This document shows, one piece after another, positions 24,778-38,048 of a stretch of DNA of 64,000 nucleotides. The number at the start of each line of letters is the position of its first letter. The first letter of the stretch is position 1. The notes beneath the pieces were generated by a model, which made no database searches, had not been told where the DNA came from, and saw nothing but the letters and a program-made list of their open reading frames with translations. Source of the DNA: Eledone cirrhosa (taxonomy: Eukaryota); contig OZ024743.1 in the NCBI GenBank assembly GCA_964016885.1, forward strand, positions 240,560,001-240,624,000, in the 5' to 3' direction. The position numbers and the translations under genes are program-made.

Positions 24778-26700
24778 CATCATCATCATCATCGTTTAAC
24801 GTCCATCTTCCACGCTTGCATGGGTTTGGACGGGAGTTTTCCCACTTGAAGCAAGATTGGTTGTCATGCTCGTATAGGGCTGTCTGGTGGGTTTTCTACG
24901 GTTGGATGCCCTTCCTAACACCAACCACGTTTACAGTGTGGACAGGGAGGTTTTTACTGTGTTACCGACACGGCCACATTACAGCGTGGACTGTGTGTTT
25001 TTTTGTTGTCGTGACACCTACACGTCTGGCGGGTTTTCTACGGCTGGGTGCCCTTCCCAACAACAACCATGTTTACAGTGTGGACTGGGAGGTTTTTACC
25101 GTGTTACCTACATGGCCACATTACAGTGTGGACTGTGTGTTTTTTTTTGTCGTGACACCTACACGACCTCATTTGTTTCGGACTGGATGTTGTGGTACCA
25201 ACATAACTTCACATTTAAGGGGGTGGTGTGGATGGGGTGGGGGTAGTGGGACGGGGGTGTATTTTGTTAGAGGTGCCTACTGACTGTAGGTTTCGCTTTG
25301 TACTTAGGCAAGGCGGGTCTTCTGTATAACTGTGTAGCACCAAAGATCTCGGTCCAGTGACATTGTCTTGGAGAGGTGTAAGTGTGTGAGGTCGGAATTT
25401 ATCAAGTCGTCCCTGGTTTTTCTGGGTCTGCCTACCCCATGGCTACCGTCTATTTTTATCGCCCTGCACTTTTTTATACAGCTGTTGTCTTTCATGCGCA
25501 TCACGTGACCGTACCAACGTAGTCTTCTCTAGAGTAAACAACATCTGATCCCTCTTATTCCTAATTTCTCCCTTAGTTCGTTTATGCTTTGCCATTCACG
25601 TATATTACTATTACACATCCAGCGGAACATGCAAGCTTCGTTTCTCTCCAGTCTGCGTATATCCTCTGCACACAAGGCCCAGGTCTCACTGCCATGTAAC
25701 ATTGCTGTTCGTATGCAGGCATCATACAGCCTGCCTTTCATTTTTAGAGAGAACCCTTTAGCGACCAATAGTGGTATAAGCTCTCTGAACTTTTTCCATC
25801 CCGTTCTGACTCTAGCTACTGTACTTTCAGAGCACCCTCCCCTACTGCTGATTTTGTCACCCAGGTAACGGAAGGTGTCCACTATTTCTATAGAACCATC
25901 TGTGCAATGGAATGAGCTAGTATTCTGTGGGCACTTGCTGCTACTTATTGCACTAGAGCACCGGCCACATATAAAATCTATATTCTTAGTTAGCTTACCT
26001 GTGATCCCACTACATCTTTTATGCACCCATACTTTGCATTTGGGACATAAAATGGAGTTTCTGCCTACTCCTTTCCTACACACTGAGCATGGCCATTTCC
26101 CAGATGGGACCGGTGCCCTATTTTCCTTCCTACAATCTAGAACTTTAGTCTTAGTCAAGTTAACTTTAAGGCCTTTTGATTCTAGGCCATGCTTCCATGT
26201 TTGGAATTTCTTCTCTAGTTCAGCCATTGATTCAGCTATGAGCGTTAGATCATCTGCGTATAGGAGTTCCCATGGGCAGCCGATCTTGAACTCCTCTGTT
26301 ATAGCCTGAAGGGCAATAATAAATAGTAGGGGGCTAAGAACGGAGCCCTGATGAACACCAACTCTTCACTATATTCTTTGTTAATTCTAGCCTTGCTGAC
26401 TGTTTCTTTATACATGGCTTGTATAGCTCTCACAAGCCATTCATCAACACCTAGTTTTCTAAGATCCCACCAGATAATGGAGCGGGGGGACTCTGTCAAA
26501 GGCTTTCTCCAAGTCAACAAAAGCTAAGTATAGGGGTTTACTTTTAGCTAGGTACTTCTCCTGTAGTTGTTGTACAATGAAAAGAGCGTCTGTGGTACTT
26601 TTACCTGTCACAAACCTGAACTGCATTTCATCTAGATCAATTCGTTCTCTGATTAGTTGCGCTATTACTTTTTCTGTGACCTTCATGACCTGGTCGATTA
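24778..26700 (-). mobile_element. RTE LINE, 5'-truncated (RT, PHD finger, 3' UTR), disrupted
   Basis: ORFs 26459-26686 (AFVDLEKAFDRVP), 25529-26227 and 25304-25504; close match to 45660-47450. Confidence 0.95.
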
Positions 26701-26766
26701 ATTATTCCTAATTAAACTATTTTTCACTGGGAAAAATTTGTCAGCATTTTCTTTTCTTTTTTACTA

Positions 26767-26794
<28 letters not shown>

Positions 26795-26797
<3 letters not shown>

Positions 26798-27278
26798 AAA
26801 CATCCAGCCCACACTGTAAAGTGGCCGTGTAGGTGTCACCACAAAAAACACCAAGCCCACACTGTAAAGTGGTTGTGTAGGACACATGGCAAAAAGCAAC
26901 CAGCACACATTGTAAATGTGGTTGGCCTCAGAAAGGGCATCCAGCCATAGAAAACCAGCGAGAAACAGTCCTATATAAGTGAGAGACAGTCACCTGACCC
27001 ATCTTGCCTCAAATGGGACTAACTCGTCTAACGCATGCTAGCGTGGAAAGTAGACATTAAACGATGATGATGCTGATGATGATGATGATACACATATGAT
27101 TCTGCTACTGTATGAAACTGCTATCACTATCAGTGTGATGTAACAGCTTGACTGGCAGTCTCTTGGATAAAAATCTGCCATTTGGATTAGGACTGAACGC
27201 CGGCTGATATGTTACATCAGTCCTACTTATGTAATACTTGTAATTTTATATACACATACATATATAAACACATGCACA

Positions 27279-27317
<39 letters not shown>

Positions 27318-27986
27318 TCACATACATCAACAAATAAATGAATAATCGAATAAAAAGTAGAACCTACAGCAGGATCCTCAGATAAATTGAGATATAGACA
27401 CACACATGCACACACTCACACATATACACATTCATATACATATATACATATATATATAATCATCATCATCATCGTTTAACGTCTATCTTCCACGCTAGCA
27501 TGGGTTAGACGGGAATTGTCCCACTTGAGGCAAGATTAGTCGGGTGACCGTGTCTCGCTCGTATAGGACTATCTGGCAAGTTTTCTACGGTTGGATGCCC
27601 TTCCTAACACCAACCACATTTACAGTGTGGACTGGGAGCTATCTACTGAGTTGCCTACACGACTACATTATAGCGTGGACTGTGTGTTTTTTGTCGGGTC
27701 ACCTAAATGACCTCATTAATTTGGACTGGATGTTATGATACCAACATAACTTTACAGAGAAAGGATGGTGTTGGTGGGAGTGAGTTGGGGTATGTATTTG
27801 GTTAAGAGGTGCCTACTGACTGTAGGTTTCACTTTGTGCATAGGCAAAGCGGGTCTTCTGTACTACTGCATGGCGCCAAAGATCTCGGTCCAGTGACATT
27901 GACTTAGAGAGGTGCAACTGTGTAAGGTCGGAATTTCTCAAATCGTCCCAGGTTTTTCTGGGTCTAACTACTCCATAACTTCCATC
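26795..27986. mobile_element. RTE 3' fragments (26795-27090 plus; 27458-27986 minus)
   Basis: CACACTGTAAAGTGG 3'-UTR units, RPRKTWDDL peptide, (GAT)n tails. Confidence 0.85.
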
Positions 27987-28167
27987 AATATATATATATA
28001 TAATTACACATACAAATACAAACACATACATATATATATGCACATACTAGCAAATATATACAAATAATACACACTGACACAAGTTCCTGGGTCTCCACAA
28101 ACCATCGTACAAATAGACAGGTTAATATTGGAAAATTTGTGATATCCTTGGTACAGTTAGGTATATT

Positions 28168-28580
28168 TAAAAAAAGGGAAAGCATGACTTCGCTTGTAGT
28201 TAGTATTCTATAACAAGCTAATTTTATAAATGGAAACTTTTTTTAAAATACTGGTTAACTACACATGCAAATTCTTTATATATACATCAATACACCCAAA
28301 TTCATCAAATATACTCCACTCATTATCAATTCCTCAGGCATATACCCTAATTCTTCACATATACACAACGCATTTCCTTTATATATGCACTATCGGTTTG
28401 ACAATTTCAACTGAAAAATGTGAGAAAGTTAACCAGGATTTTTTAAAAACCTTTCACTAAAGTTAACAAAGGAGTTATTAGAATTACATAGCAAAATTAT
28501 GGAATTATTAAATTGTAAAATTAGTAAATTAAATTGTTATAGAATACCAACTACAAGTGAAGTCATTCTTTGTATTTTTT
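28168..28580. repeat. Degenerate inverted repeat, probable PLE fold-back
   Basis: ATGACTTCGCTTGTAGTTAGTATTCTATAACAA (28184-28216) vs TTGTTATAGAATACCAACTACAAGTGAAGTCAT (28534-28566). Confidence 0.65.
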
Positions 28581-28773
28581 CAAATATCATCATCATCATC
28601 ACAAGGGTATATAACCTTGATAACCACTAAACAGCGAGAAACACGTCGGTTATTCCCCTTTGTTTTTGCTGAAGCTAGATACGTGACTATAGTCACTACC
28701 TTACATTCATAGCGAAAGGCCTTCAAAATGTTTTAAAATAAACATGCAGTATATTATTAAAAATACAATATAT

Positions 28774-29110
28774 GGAGGCACATGGCTTAGTGGTTAGAGC
28801 ATTGGCCTTGCAATCGAAAGGTTGTGAGTTCAATTCTCAGACCGGGTGATGTGTTGTTTCCTTGAGCAAGACACTTTATTTCACATTGCTCCAGTTTACT
28901 CAGCTGTAGAAATGAGATGATAGGGACTGGGGTCCCTATCATTCCACTGCAAAGTGGTCGTGTAGGTGCCACGGCAAAAAAGCACCCAGCACTCACTGTA
29001 AATGAGGTTGGTGTTAGGAAGGGCATCCAGCTGTAGAAATCAAGCCAGAATCAGTTCCCGTCCCACCCTTGCAAGCAGGGAAAAGTGGACGTAAAAATGA
29101 GATGATGATA
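28774..29110 (+). mobile_element. Full-length family-B SINE
   Basis: tRNA head, body and RTE tail; reverse complement of 3107-3450. Confidence 0.9.
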
Positions 29111-29139
29111 CATTCATATGTATATATCTAAAGTCTAAA

Positions 29140-29412
29140 GTTTGTCTTAAGCCAGAAGGCTCATTTGCCAGTCATTATCCCGGTTTCATGGCATGAAGCA
29201 ACTGAAAGTAAAAGACTTCCTGCTGGATAGGACGTCAATCCATCACAGGGTTAAACTCCCAGCTATTGCTGGTACTCAATTTCAGCTGAGTATACTGGAA
29301 CAACGTGAAATGAAGTGTTTTGCTCAAGAACGCAACACGTAACCTAGGAACCAAATGCACGACACTATGATCATAAGTCCTACACTCTTGCCACTAGGCC
29401 ACGTGCCTCCAC
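29140..29412 (-). mobile_element. tRNA SINE, family C (V-domain-like body)
   Basis: Head GGAGGCACGTGGCCTAGTGG; body AACCCTGTGATGGATTGACGTCCTATCCAG..GTTGCTTCATGCCATGAAACCGGG. Confidence 0.7.
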
Positions 29413-29434
29413 ATGTATATGTATGTATATGTAT

Positions 29435-29775
29435 ATCATCATCATCGTTTAACGTCTATCTTCCACACTAGCATGGGTTTAGACGGGAATTGTCCAACTT
29501 GAGGCAAGATTGGTCGGGTGACCGTGTTTCGCTCGTATAGGACTGTCTGGCAGGTTTTCTATGGCTGGATGCCCTTCCTAACACCAACCACATTTACAGT
29601 GTGGACTGGGAGGTTTTTACCATGTTACTTGCACAGTCACATTACAGCGTGGACTGTGTGTATTTTTTTTTTTTGTCGTGACACCTACACATTTATTTTG
29701 AACTGGATGTTGTGGTACCAACATAACTTTACAGAGAAAAAGTGTTGGTGGGAGTTGGAGGGTGGAGTGGGGGTA
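29435..29775 (-). mobile_element. RTE 3' UTR fragment
   Basis: Matches 27460-27790. Confidence 0.85.
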
Positions 29776-30399
29776 TATATATAGAGAGAGAGAGAGATTA
29801 TAGTAGTAATCGTTTTTCATTGGTTGAATATGAAACCGAAGACTATGTCCACAGGCAGTAGTTTCTGACTCAACAAATGAATCGCTTATCATAGTGTTTC
29901 CATGGTGATCAATAAAGGTAATTACTGGAGTATATATATAGAATATTAAAAATCACAATTTCACAGTTAAGGAAATAACATTTATTACGTAACTGACACG
30001 TGGTTCATTAATATGTAGGTGAGCATATCTAGAATCGCTAATTCGATGTGGTTTTTTTTTGTGGGGGGGGAGAACTCAAATTCAAATATTTTGCATCAGC
30101 ACTATGTCATATCAGCTTGTCGAAGTTTAACAAAGTTTTCATTCATATAGGGGAACGTTTATATATATAAGGAGGTGTGTTACCATAGAGAAATCTAGAT
30201 TGTATAAATTTATAACCGTAGTTGTGAATATATAGAGAGAAGTACCCAGGCAATATCAGTTATCACAACTCTATCATAATAATAATAATAATGAAATTAT
30301 TGTGTAAAGTGCTCAGGTGCACTACAACTCATCAAAGGTGCATGCATAGTACATAGAATAATACACAAATTGGTAACAACACATTATTATTTGTTTTCC

Positions 30400-31330
30400 A
30401 AGTGGTGTGGCTAACATACTTGGCAGCCATTGTTGTTGATTTGTTGAATAGAGGGTAGTTTTATGGTCATTGATCAAAAGGTTTCTTATTAGACCTTCAA
30501 AGTGGATGGTGGTGAATCATTTTGACATTTTAATGTTCTTGTTAAGTTTGGGCAGTGTTGTATTGTATGTCGCTTGGCACCATGAAGAGACAAACAAACA
30601 GAATTGTGGTCAATGCTAGGTTCTATCTATATGCCTTAAGGGTATGGTTGCCGGAATTATAGTAGGAGAAAATTTTAAACTGTTTATGTCTACAATTGAA
30701 AACACATCTAATCTATTGTTTATTAATTTTTTTCAAGGAATTCTACTATACTTATATTGCAAATATCTGTGTACTGTTTGCACTGGTCGGCAAATCCCAG
30801 GACGGACCAGGAAATCTTGTATCTGGTTCCTTTTTCTTCCAGTTCCCATATTTTGTTGACTAAAGTTGTAGAATTTCTAAGTTTATTATTTTTAGAAGAA
30901 TGTACATGGGTATACCATAGTTTCTTAAATACATTAGAAGTAGCTCATATATTTTACTCTTTGTTTGTATGTATTGATTTCACATTGGTACACCATGTTA
31001 TTGTGCATACACATCTTCTGTATGGGGAAGATTTCAAGTTGTGGGCAGTTGCATCTTATTTCTTTTTTGATCGATAAACATTTCCCACGGTCATATAAAT
31101 ACAGATATTAAACAGAAATACTATTAGGTTATTTTACTCAACATCCACAAACCCGGAAGCTTACATAAATAAATTGAATAAGAGATGCTTAGGCAACCAT
31201 GATATTTAACAGGATTCTATAGATAACGGGAACCCCAGAGGAAGCTCTTAACCAGCACGGACAAATGGACCCAAGGCATTAAAAGCTAGAAGGGACTAAA
31301 TCTACCACAACCTATTCTCATACAAACCAC
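30400..31330. mobile_element. PLE GIY-YIG relic with internal inversion
   Basis: Minus 30740-31075 reads CNCPQLEIFPIQKMCMHNNMVYQCEI..FKKLWYTH..NSTTLVNKIWEL..YKISWSVL..CNI. Plus 31078-31160 reads HFPRSYKY/LNRNTIRLFYST. Confidence 0.7.
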
Positions 31331-31339
31331 ATCAAATAA

Positions 31340-32580
31340 TAACAACAATAATAATAGTGATCCATGGTGGTCAGTGTGTAAGCATTTAGGGAAAAAGTGG
31401 TAGTGCATTTATACAGGTGGGGTAAAGGTTTGGAGAGAAAAAATGAGGTGCTGTTCCCTCCTGAAGTGTAAATCCAGAGGTCAAGCAAAGGCGACAATGC
31501 TGAAAATTGTGAGGCAATTCATGGAGTATCATGCAGAGCAGAAATGTTGGGTAATGGAAGATGGGTTGCCCTGTTTGATCTCATGGAGGTGCTCGGCAAA
31601 GCTGTCTGCCAAACGACAGTTGGTTTACCCATATAGAAGGCCTCACAGGGTGTGCACTGGATCCCATAAACAAGATGCATGGAGGTGCAGAAGAAAGTGT
31701 CCCTAATAGAGAATGTTCGATTGGTGGGTCCGGTGAGAGTGATGGTGTCAGTGAGGAAAGGACAAGTATGGCAGCTAAGTTGGGAGCAGGCGTGGGATCC
31801 AGGAGATGAGTGAGAAGGGGTAAGTGAACTGAGGGCAGGTTGGTGACAGAGGAGGTTAGGAGTGAGGAGGCAACAATTTGGTGTATGTTAGAGGAAACTT
31901 GTTGGTGGTATTCTAGGGTGGGGTCAGAGGGTACGGGTCATAAAATAGGGGGTTGTAGAGCTAATGTAGCACCTCCATTTTGTAGAGGCCGGTGCACCAC
32001 ATGACCACAGCACCCCTGCCCCTTGTTCACCAGAATGATGATGATATCAGCCAGGTTCAGAGGAAATGGAGGACAATGAGTTCTGCCTAGATGTTCATCA
32101 CTCCGTGGCATCTACAGAAGTCTAACCAGTTCACTGCACTTTGGCAGGAATCCACAAATGTGTCCAGGGTGCTGAACTGTCCACCACAGGAAGCTCTTGA
32201 TATTGGTGTAACAGCAGAACTTGTGAGGGGTACAATGCTCAGGGAGGGGGGAGTTTAGGGGAATAGTGACAAGTTGTGTGTTGGAGGGGAGGGGGCAGTG
32301 GGAGGGGCAGGATTTGGGTATGGAATGGATGGTGGTAGGAGAGTGTTGTTGTTGGGGTAGGATTGTGAGGAGTAGGGGTTGACCATGAGGGTGGGGAGGA
32401 GGATATTTAGTTTACAGTGTTTGGTGTAGGTGAGGAAGATGAAAAGTAGGTGGTTGAGGTGATAGATGAAGAGGAGGATGGAGTGTGTGAGGAAAGGATG
32501 ACAAGTGGAACAAAGAAGAAGGAAGATTTGTGGGAGTTCAAGGTCAAGGGTGCGCATCTCTTTCCTTCATTACCAACTCT
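31340..32580 (-). mobile_element. Internally deleted PLE (Neptune-like) relic
   Basis: FFCTSMHLVYGIQCTPC..RLADSFAEHL..ITQHF (GIY-YIG) and DIIII.VNKG..AVVMW..LYK (ADKG motif upstream of RT). Confidence 0.75.
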
Positions 32581-32708
32581 CTTTGTCTTACTGAAGGCAC
32601 AATCATTGTACACACTGTAATGTAGTTAATGGTAGGAAAGACAACCAGCTAGAGAAACTATGCCAAAATGGAATGTAAGAGTATGGTGTGGCATTAAATG
32701 GATATAAA

Positions 32709-32895
32709 ATAATTGTTTCTACTTTTGGCACAAGGCCAGCAATTACCCAGTACATTACTGGTACTTTATTTATCGACCCCGTAAGGATGAAAGGCAAAGT
32801 TAACCACAGCGGGATTTGAACTCAGATCATAAAGGGCCGTAACTCTATGCTCTAAAGCATGGCGTCCGACTTTCTACCGATACTGCCAATCCACC
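32709..32895 (-). mobile_element. Family-A SINE
   Basis: Same sequence as 224-412. Confidence 0.88.
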
Positions 32896-34189
32896 AATGA
32901 TGTGTGTGAGTGGATATGTAGCAAAATCTCACCACACATACTGAGCTCTAAACAACATGAGGTGCTTATCTCGGATTGGCGCCAGTCATCTGGAGAAACT
33001 TGCCTACTTGAGGTTAAATGAGATAGGATTTTCTTAAAGCCATTCTGCTCACGTTTTTCAGAAGAGAAGGACATCACTTTGAGTTGCTCAAGCAGTAGAG
33101 AGATATAGCGTTTAGCCAAACACTCCAACCCTATCAACAGGGTTGGCTTCTATGGTAAAGATTAGTTCAATGCATCTGGTCTGACTACTATTAAATTCAC
33201 ACAAGTAGTCATTTTTGTTATTGTTTATCGAATATTGTTAATGGCAGCTTTACTTTCAACTTTCAATTTTAAATTACTAACTATGGCAACGAGTACAGCT
33301 ACACATTTCCATTCCCTGAGACATACACACTTACAATTTACAGAATCACCAATCAAGCCAACAACATTACTACTACAACATCTGTCTCGTCACAATGAAC
33401 ATAAACCACCGAACAATGGACAAACCATAATTCACACCACCAATAACAACATAAAATACACATTGCTACAGATATATGTGTGTGTGTGTGTATATATATA
33501 TATATCATCATCATCGTCGTTTAACATCTATCTTCCACGAAAGCATGGGTTTATATATATATATATATATATACATATATATAAAATTTAAAAGTAAAAG
33601 ATATATGTATATATGTAGAGAGAGAGAAACAACCATATATCCAAGAGAATACACAATATATTGTATATATATACAAAGCACATATTTCAAAGAAAAATAA
33701 GTACCCTAGATGGAATAAAAGTCTATTGAGCTTTTTTATTGAGAAGCACAAAAATCAAATATATTTGATATTTTGATTCCTCACATTTGTGTGTGTATAT
33801 ATATATATATATAACCTTCCTTGGCTTTGCTGAACCATCTCTCTCCTGAATTTTAAGTGAATACTCCAACACACACACAGACATATCCATACATAAACAT
33901 ACACACATCCACCTTCACACACATGTATATATATCTTTCTGCTACTGACCAAACACTCACATAGAGACAAACACACACATACACACAATCTTCTGACACA
34001 CATGGAATTACACACACACGCTAAATTACACACTCACATATGTAAAAACAATAGAAACAAGTCACATACACATGGATGGACACACAGACATAACCAAATA
34101 TAAAGACGCACACAAAGGCTTCCCTCTACAGAAAATACACAGCCACCAACAAAGACATATATACACACACATACGTACACACTCACATA

Positions 34190-34800
34190 CTCCAACTATA
34201 GTACGGCCACACTTAGAATTTGCATCACAAGTCTGCAACCCCTATCTTGCTCAGAACATTGACTGCCTGGAAACTGTTCAGAGACGTGCAACCAAACGAA
34301 TACCCTCCATCAGGCATCTACCATACTCTGAACGCCTTGCTTCCCTGGGCATGGATACATTGAAGCTCCGACGCCTGGCAACTGACTTGGTAAACACCCA
34401 CAAAATTGTTAACCATCTTGCCAACAACAACCCCGAGTACCTTTTTGATTTCCATGTGTCTAACACACATGGGCATGCCAACAATGTCAGAAAACAGCAC
34501 AGCTCCCATGACTTTCGGAAACATTTTTTCACGCTCAGAGTTGCTGAAGCATGGAACAAACTACCTGCATCAGTTGTTACCTGTCGAGACACTGCATCCT
34601 TTAAAACCACCATGCTTCCCGAGATTCGCCAACACTACACCTAATGTTCCCCCTCCATACACATACACACATGTATATCATAACTCATACACTATTCACT
34701 TCCCTGACATTTGTATATTATTCTATGTACTATACATGCACCTTTGACGAGTTGTAGTGCACCTGAGCACTGTACACAATAATTTCATTATTATTATTAT
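34190..34800 (+). mobile_element. CR1-like LINE 3' end (its 3' UTR also inverted at 30277-30372)
   Basis: VRPHLEFASQV.NPY..LETVQRRATKRI..YSERL..L..RR..D..HFFTLRV..WNKLP; (ATT)n tail. Confidence 0.92.
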
Positions 34801-35271
34801 TTTATTATACATAGAAACAATAAAAAATATCACCTATACACACTTACATGTAGGCACACTCACACATACCTGATAATTCACACAAACACAATTGTACATG
34901 CTCACATACATAGCAACATCAGAAAAAGCCCCACACGCATACACACACAAAAAACCCCTAAAAACTCAGACATATACACACACACACACACATACCAGTG
35001 TGCACACAAACTTTGTAAGACTCTGCGACACCCATGTGGCCACACACATAGAATGAAGCCACACACATCTACCAATTTCTTCTCTTCGACACACACATAC
35101 ATACAACCACACCCATGACACCCTCATACCCTCCACTCTGGCCAACCAGGCTAGACCGTTCCCCACCTCCACCTACCAATCTTTCTCCTCACAAGCCCCT
35201 TTTTTTCTTAACTTCCTTTCCTAACCTTCAAACACTACCCATACATCTATCTATTCTCTCCTTATCCAAAC

Positions 35272-35306
35272 TTCCCTGAAGAAGGACTTTTATCCGAAAC
35301 GTTGAA
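35272..35306 (+). ncRNA. Minimal PLE-type hammerhead (degenerate stem I)
   Basis: CTGAAGA-A-GGA-CTTTTA-TCC-GAAACGTT, with AATAAA ~30 nt downstream. Confidence 0.55.
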
Positions 35307-35527
35307 ACCTCCTCCACTACTTCCAATCATGAACCTAATAAATCTAGGTAATTTTGCATGTTTTGTTTTGTTTATTAACTATATATATAAGTAGAAGGGA
35401 TATTTAATTTGTTGGAAATTCAACAAATATAAATGTTTATAACTGATTCAGAGCACTCGACAAGTTTCTGGAGTAAATATTCAATGATATTAAATAATAT
35501 ATAGATATTAAATATATATATATATAC

Positions 35528-35982
35528 GATATTAACAAATGGAAACTATATTTATAAAACCATATTTATTTCATTATACATATTTCAAGGACACCAAGTT
35601 AAATTATGGTGTGCTTTCATCAGATAAAATATAATATAGAGTAGTTTTATAAATAAATATTGACATACCCTTAAAGAATGCGACCATAACTGTTGGAAGC
35701 TCCCGGATAGTATATCCGGGAGCTTCCAACAGTAATGGTTGCATTCTTTAAGGGTATGTCAATATTTATTTATAAAACTACTCTATATTATATTTTATCT
35801 GATGAAAGCACACCATAATTTAACTTGGTGTCCTTGAAATATGTATAATGAAATAAATATGGTTTTATAAATATAGTTTCCATTTGTTAATATCTTATTT
35901 TTACTTCAATTATTTGTTGAGTGCTTTATATCAGTTATAAAAATATTTGCTTGTTGTATCCCAACAATTTAAATAGAACTTT

Positions 35983-35985
<3 letters not shown>
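35528..35985 (+). mobile_element. PLE fold-back: 182-bp near-perfect palindrome plus tail
   Basis: Arms 35528-35709 and 35713-35894, 3-nt loop, two mismatches seen by eye; tail hairpin at 35902-35923. Confidence 0.85.
35791..35856 (+). ncRNA. Type I hammerhead ribozyme (mirror at 35566-35631)
   Basis: TTAT-CTGATGA-AAG-C-ACACCA-loop-TGGTGT-C-CTT-GAA-ATA-TG-TAT-A-ATGA. Confidence 0.75.
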
Positions 35986-36019
<34 letters not shown>

Positions 36020-36039
36020 TCCTCAATTGCACCTCTCAA

Positions 36040-36422
36040 AGGCGATATCACAGGATCGGGATCTCTGGTGTTATGTAATAATACAGAAGACCCACCTTCC
36101 CATGGGCACAAGCTGAAGCTGAAGCATACATATATAATATGCACAACTCTTACCCCACCCTCCCATACATCTCTCACGAGGACAGGCTTTAGCATACACT
36201 CAGTGAAGCCTCCAGCCCACACTGTAAAGTGGTCATGTAGGTCTCACACGACAAAAAGCACCCAGGCCACCCTGTAAATATGGTTGGTGTTATGAAGGGC
36301 ATCCAGCCATAGAAACCAAGCGAGAAACCGATCTGGTCACCTGACCCAACTTGCTCCAAACGAGACAACCCATCTAACCCATACTAGCATGGAAAAATGA
36401 ACATTAAACGGTGATGATGATG
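36040..36422 (+). mobile_element. RTE 3' end
   Basis: DLWCYVIIQKT peptide, UTR units and (GAT)n tail. Confidence 0.8.
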
Positions 36423-37124
36423 TATATATATTAAACTTATAATTTTATATAGTTCTGATTAATGATTATTCATTTAACTCATTCATTCATAAAGCCACAT
36501 CGTTGAAAGTGGGCTAGACTCATACATGAATCTATGCTTATGTTTAAATATATGTGTTTCCTCTGACTTTGTTCTAACTCCCATATGGTTGAGTCAAAAT
36601 TGACTGCTTCTTCTAGCAATGAATTTACTGACCACCAGACTACCTTTAACAATACTTCTATCTTGACCACTAGCCACGTGATAACTTCCCCCTTTTGAAT
36701 TTGTTACTGGCGACGATCACTTTGGAAAAAAATGGTCCTAACTGACACAGTCCTTCGATAAGCTTGATGCCTCATGCATAATGTGCATGTGCAACGATCT
36801 TGCACATTTCCACATAGCACAAGCGCAACTGTCAGCTGTTGGGGCTAGCGGAATATCGGTAAACATTTATCTATTATTTCTTCAGACTTACATTTTAAAC
36901 TTAGATCCATTTAATTTATTATTTATTTAGTTAATTTCTCTGGACTAAAAAGAAAAATTAGGTAAATTTTATCTGTCGGTTCTTCAAACTTATAATTTTA
37001 TATATGTGTGTGTGAGTGTGTGTGTATAAAGTCGGCAAATTGGAAGAGTTGCAGGATTTGAACTCAGAACTCAGGGTACACAGCTGGAACGAAATACTAT
37101 TTTAAGTTTTAACAATCCTGCTAA

Positions 37125-38048
37125 TCTACTTATCTATATAACCAGCAATTTCTCTGTCTGTCTGTCCGACAGTGGAAACACGTGCGTAGAGAGAGAGTGA
37201 AAGAAAGAGACAGACTACGAGAGGGGGATAGCGGGAGGGAGAGAGAGAGTGAATAGCCGCTAAAACACGTGCTACAGAAACATTACCTTCCCCTCTCCAC
37301 TGACTTTGGTCACTGAGGCCAAGGGAATCGCTGGTTGCTATAGAGACACCTTGCACAAGCCAGAAGTAACCAGTTCGAGGCGGTTCTGACTTGACACCAT
37401 TTGAAGAAGGTTGCCATTGAATTTGTGGTTTGAAGAAGGTTGCCATTGAATTTGTGGTTGTTGCTGTTGATAATAAGGACCATTTGAAGAAGGTTGCTGC
37501 TGATGAGGTAATTTATTAATCAGATTGCGCAGTTCCATAACCTACGTTTGATTTATTCAATTTTTTTCTTCAATTTTTTTTGTTGTTTTTTTTTATTTCT
37601 TATTGAAAAAATATAAATAATAAAATAAGGTTAAAAATTTAAATACAATTAAATACGATTTAATTTCCATTTCCAGCAGCCAATGTCCAGTGTTCAATTT
37701 CATGAAAAAATTGGAAATAATTAAAAAAATTGAAGTTTAACTTTTCAACATTTGTTTTGACAATAAAAAATGTTTTTCCTTATTCACACCTAATGGTATG
37801 ATTAAAATTTCATAGGAATATTTTTTTCTAACCGCCAGTTATTTATTTTCTCCTTTTTCATTTTAACATATATTTATTTCAAAGATTTCACCGTATAGAT
37901 AACATATATATTTATACATGCATAAAAGACACACCGAGAGACGGTGAACATGTGGTGCCGAAAACATTTCTCATCCAAATCTCAACAATATCTGTATATA
38001 CACTAGATTTGCTAGCAGAAAACCACCCGGTGGGTGGTTTTCTGCTAG
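37125..38048 (+). mobile_element. Probable non-autonomous Helitron-like element
   Basis: TCTA..TCTATATA 5' end with TGTCTGTCTGTC; ends GGGTGGTTTTCTGCTAG. Confidence 0.5.
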
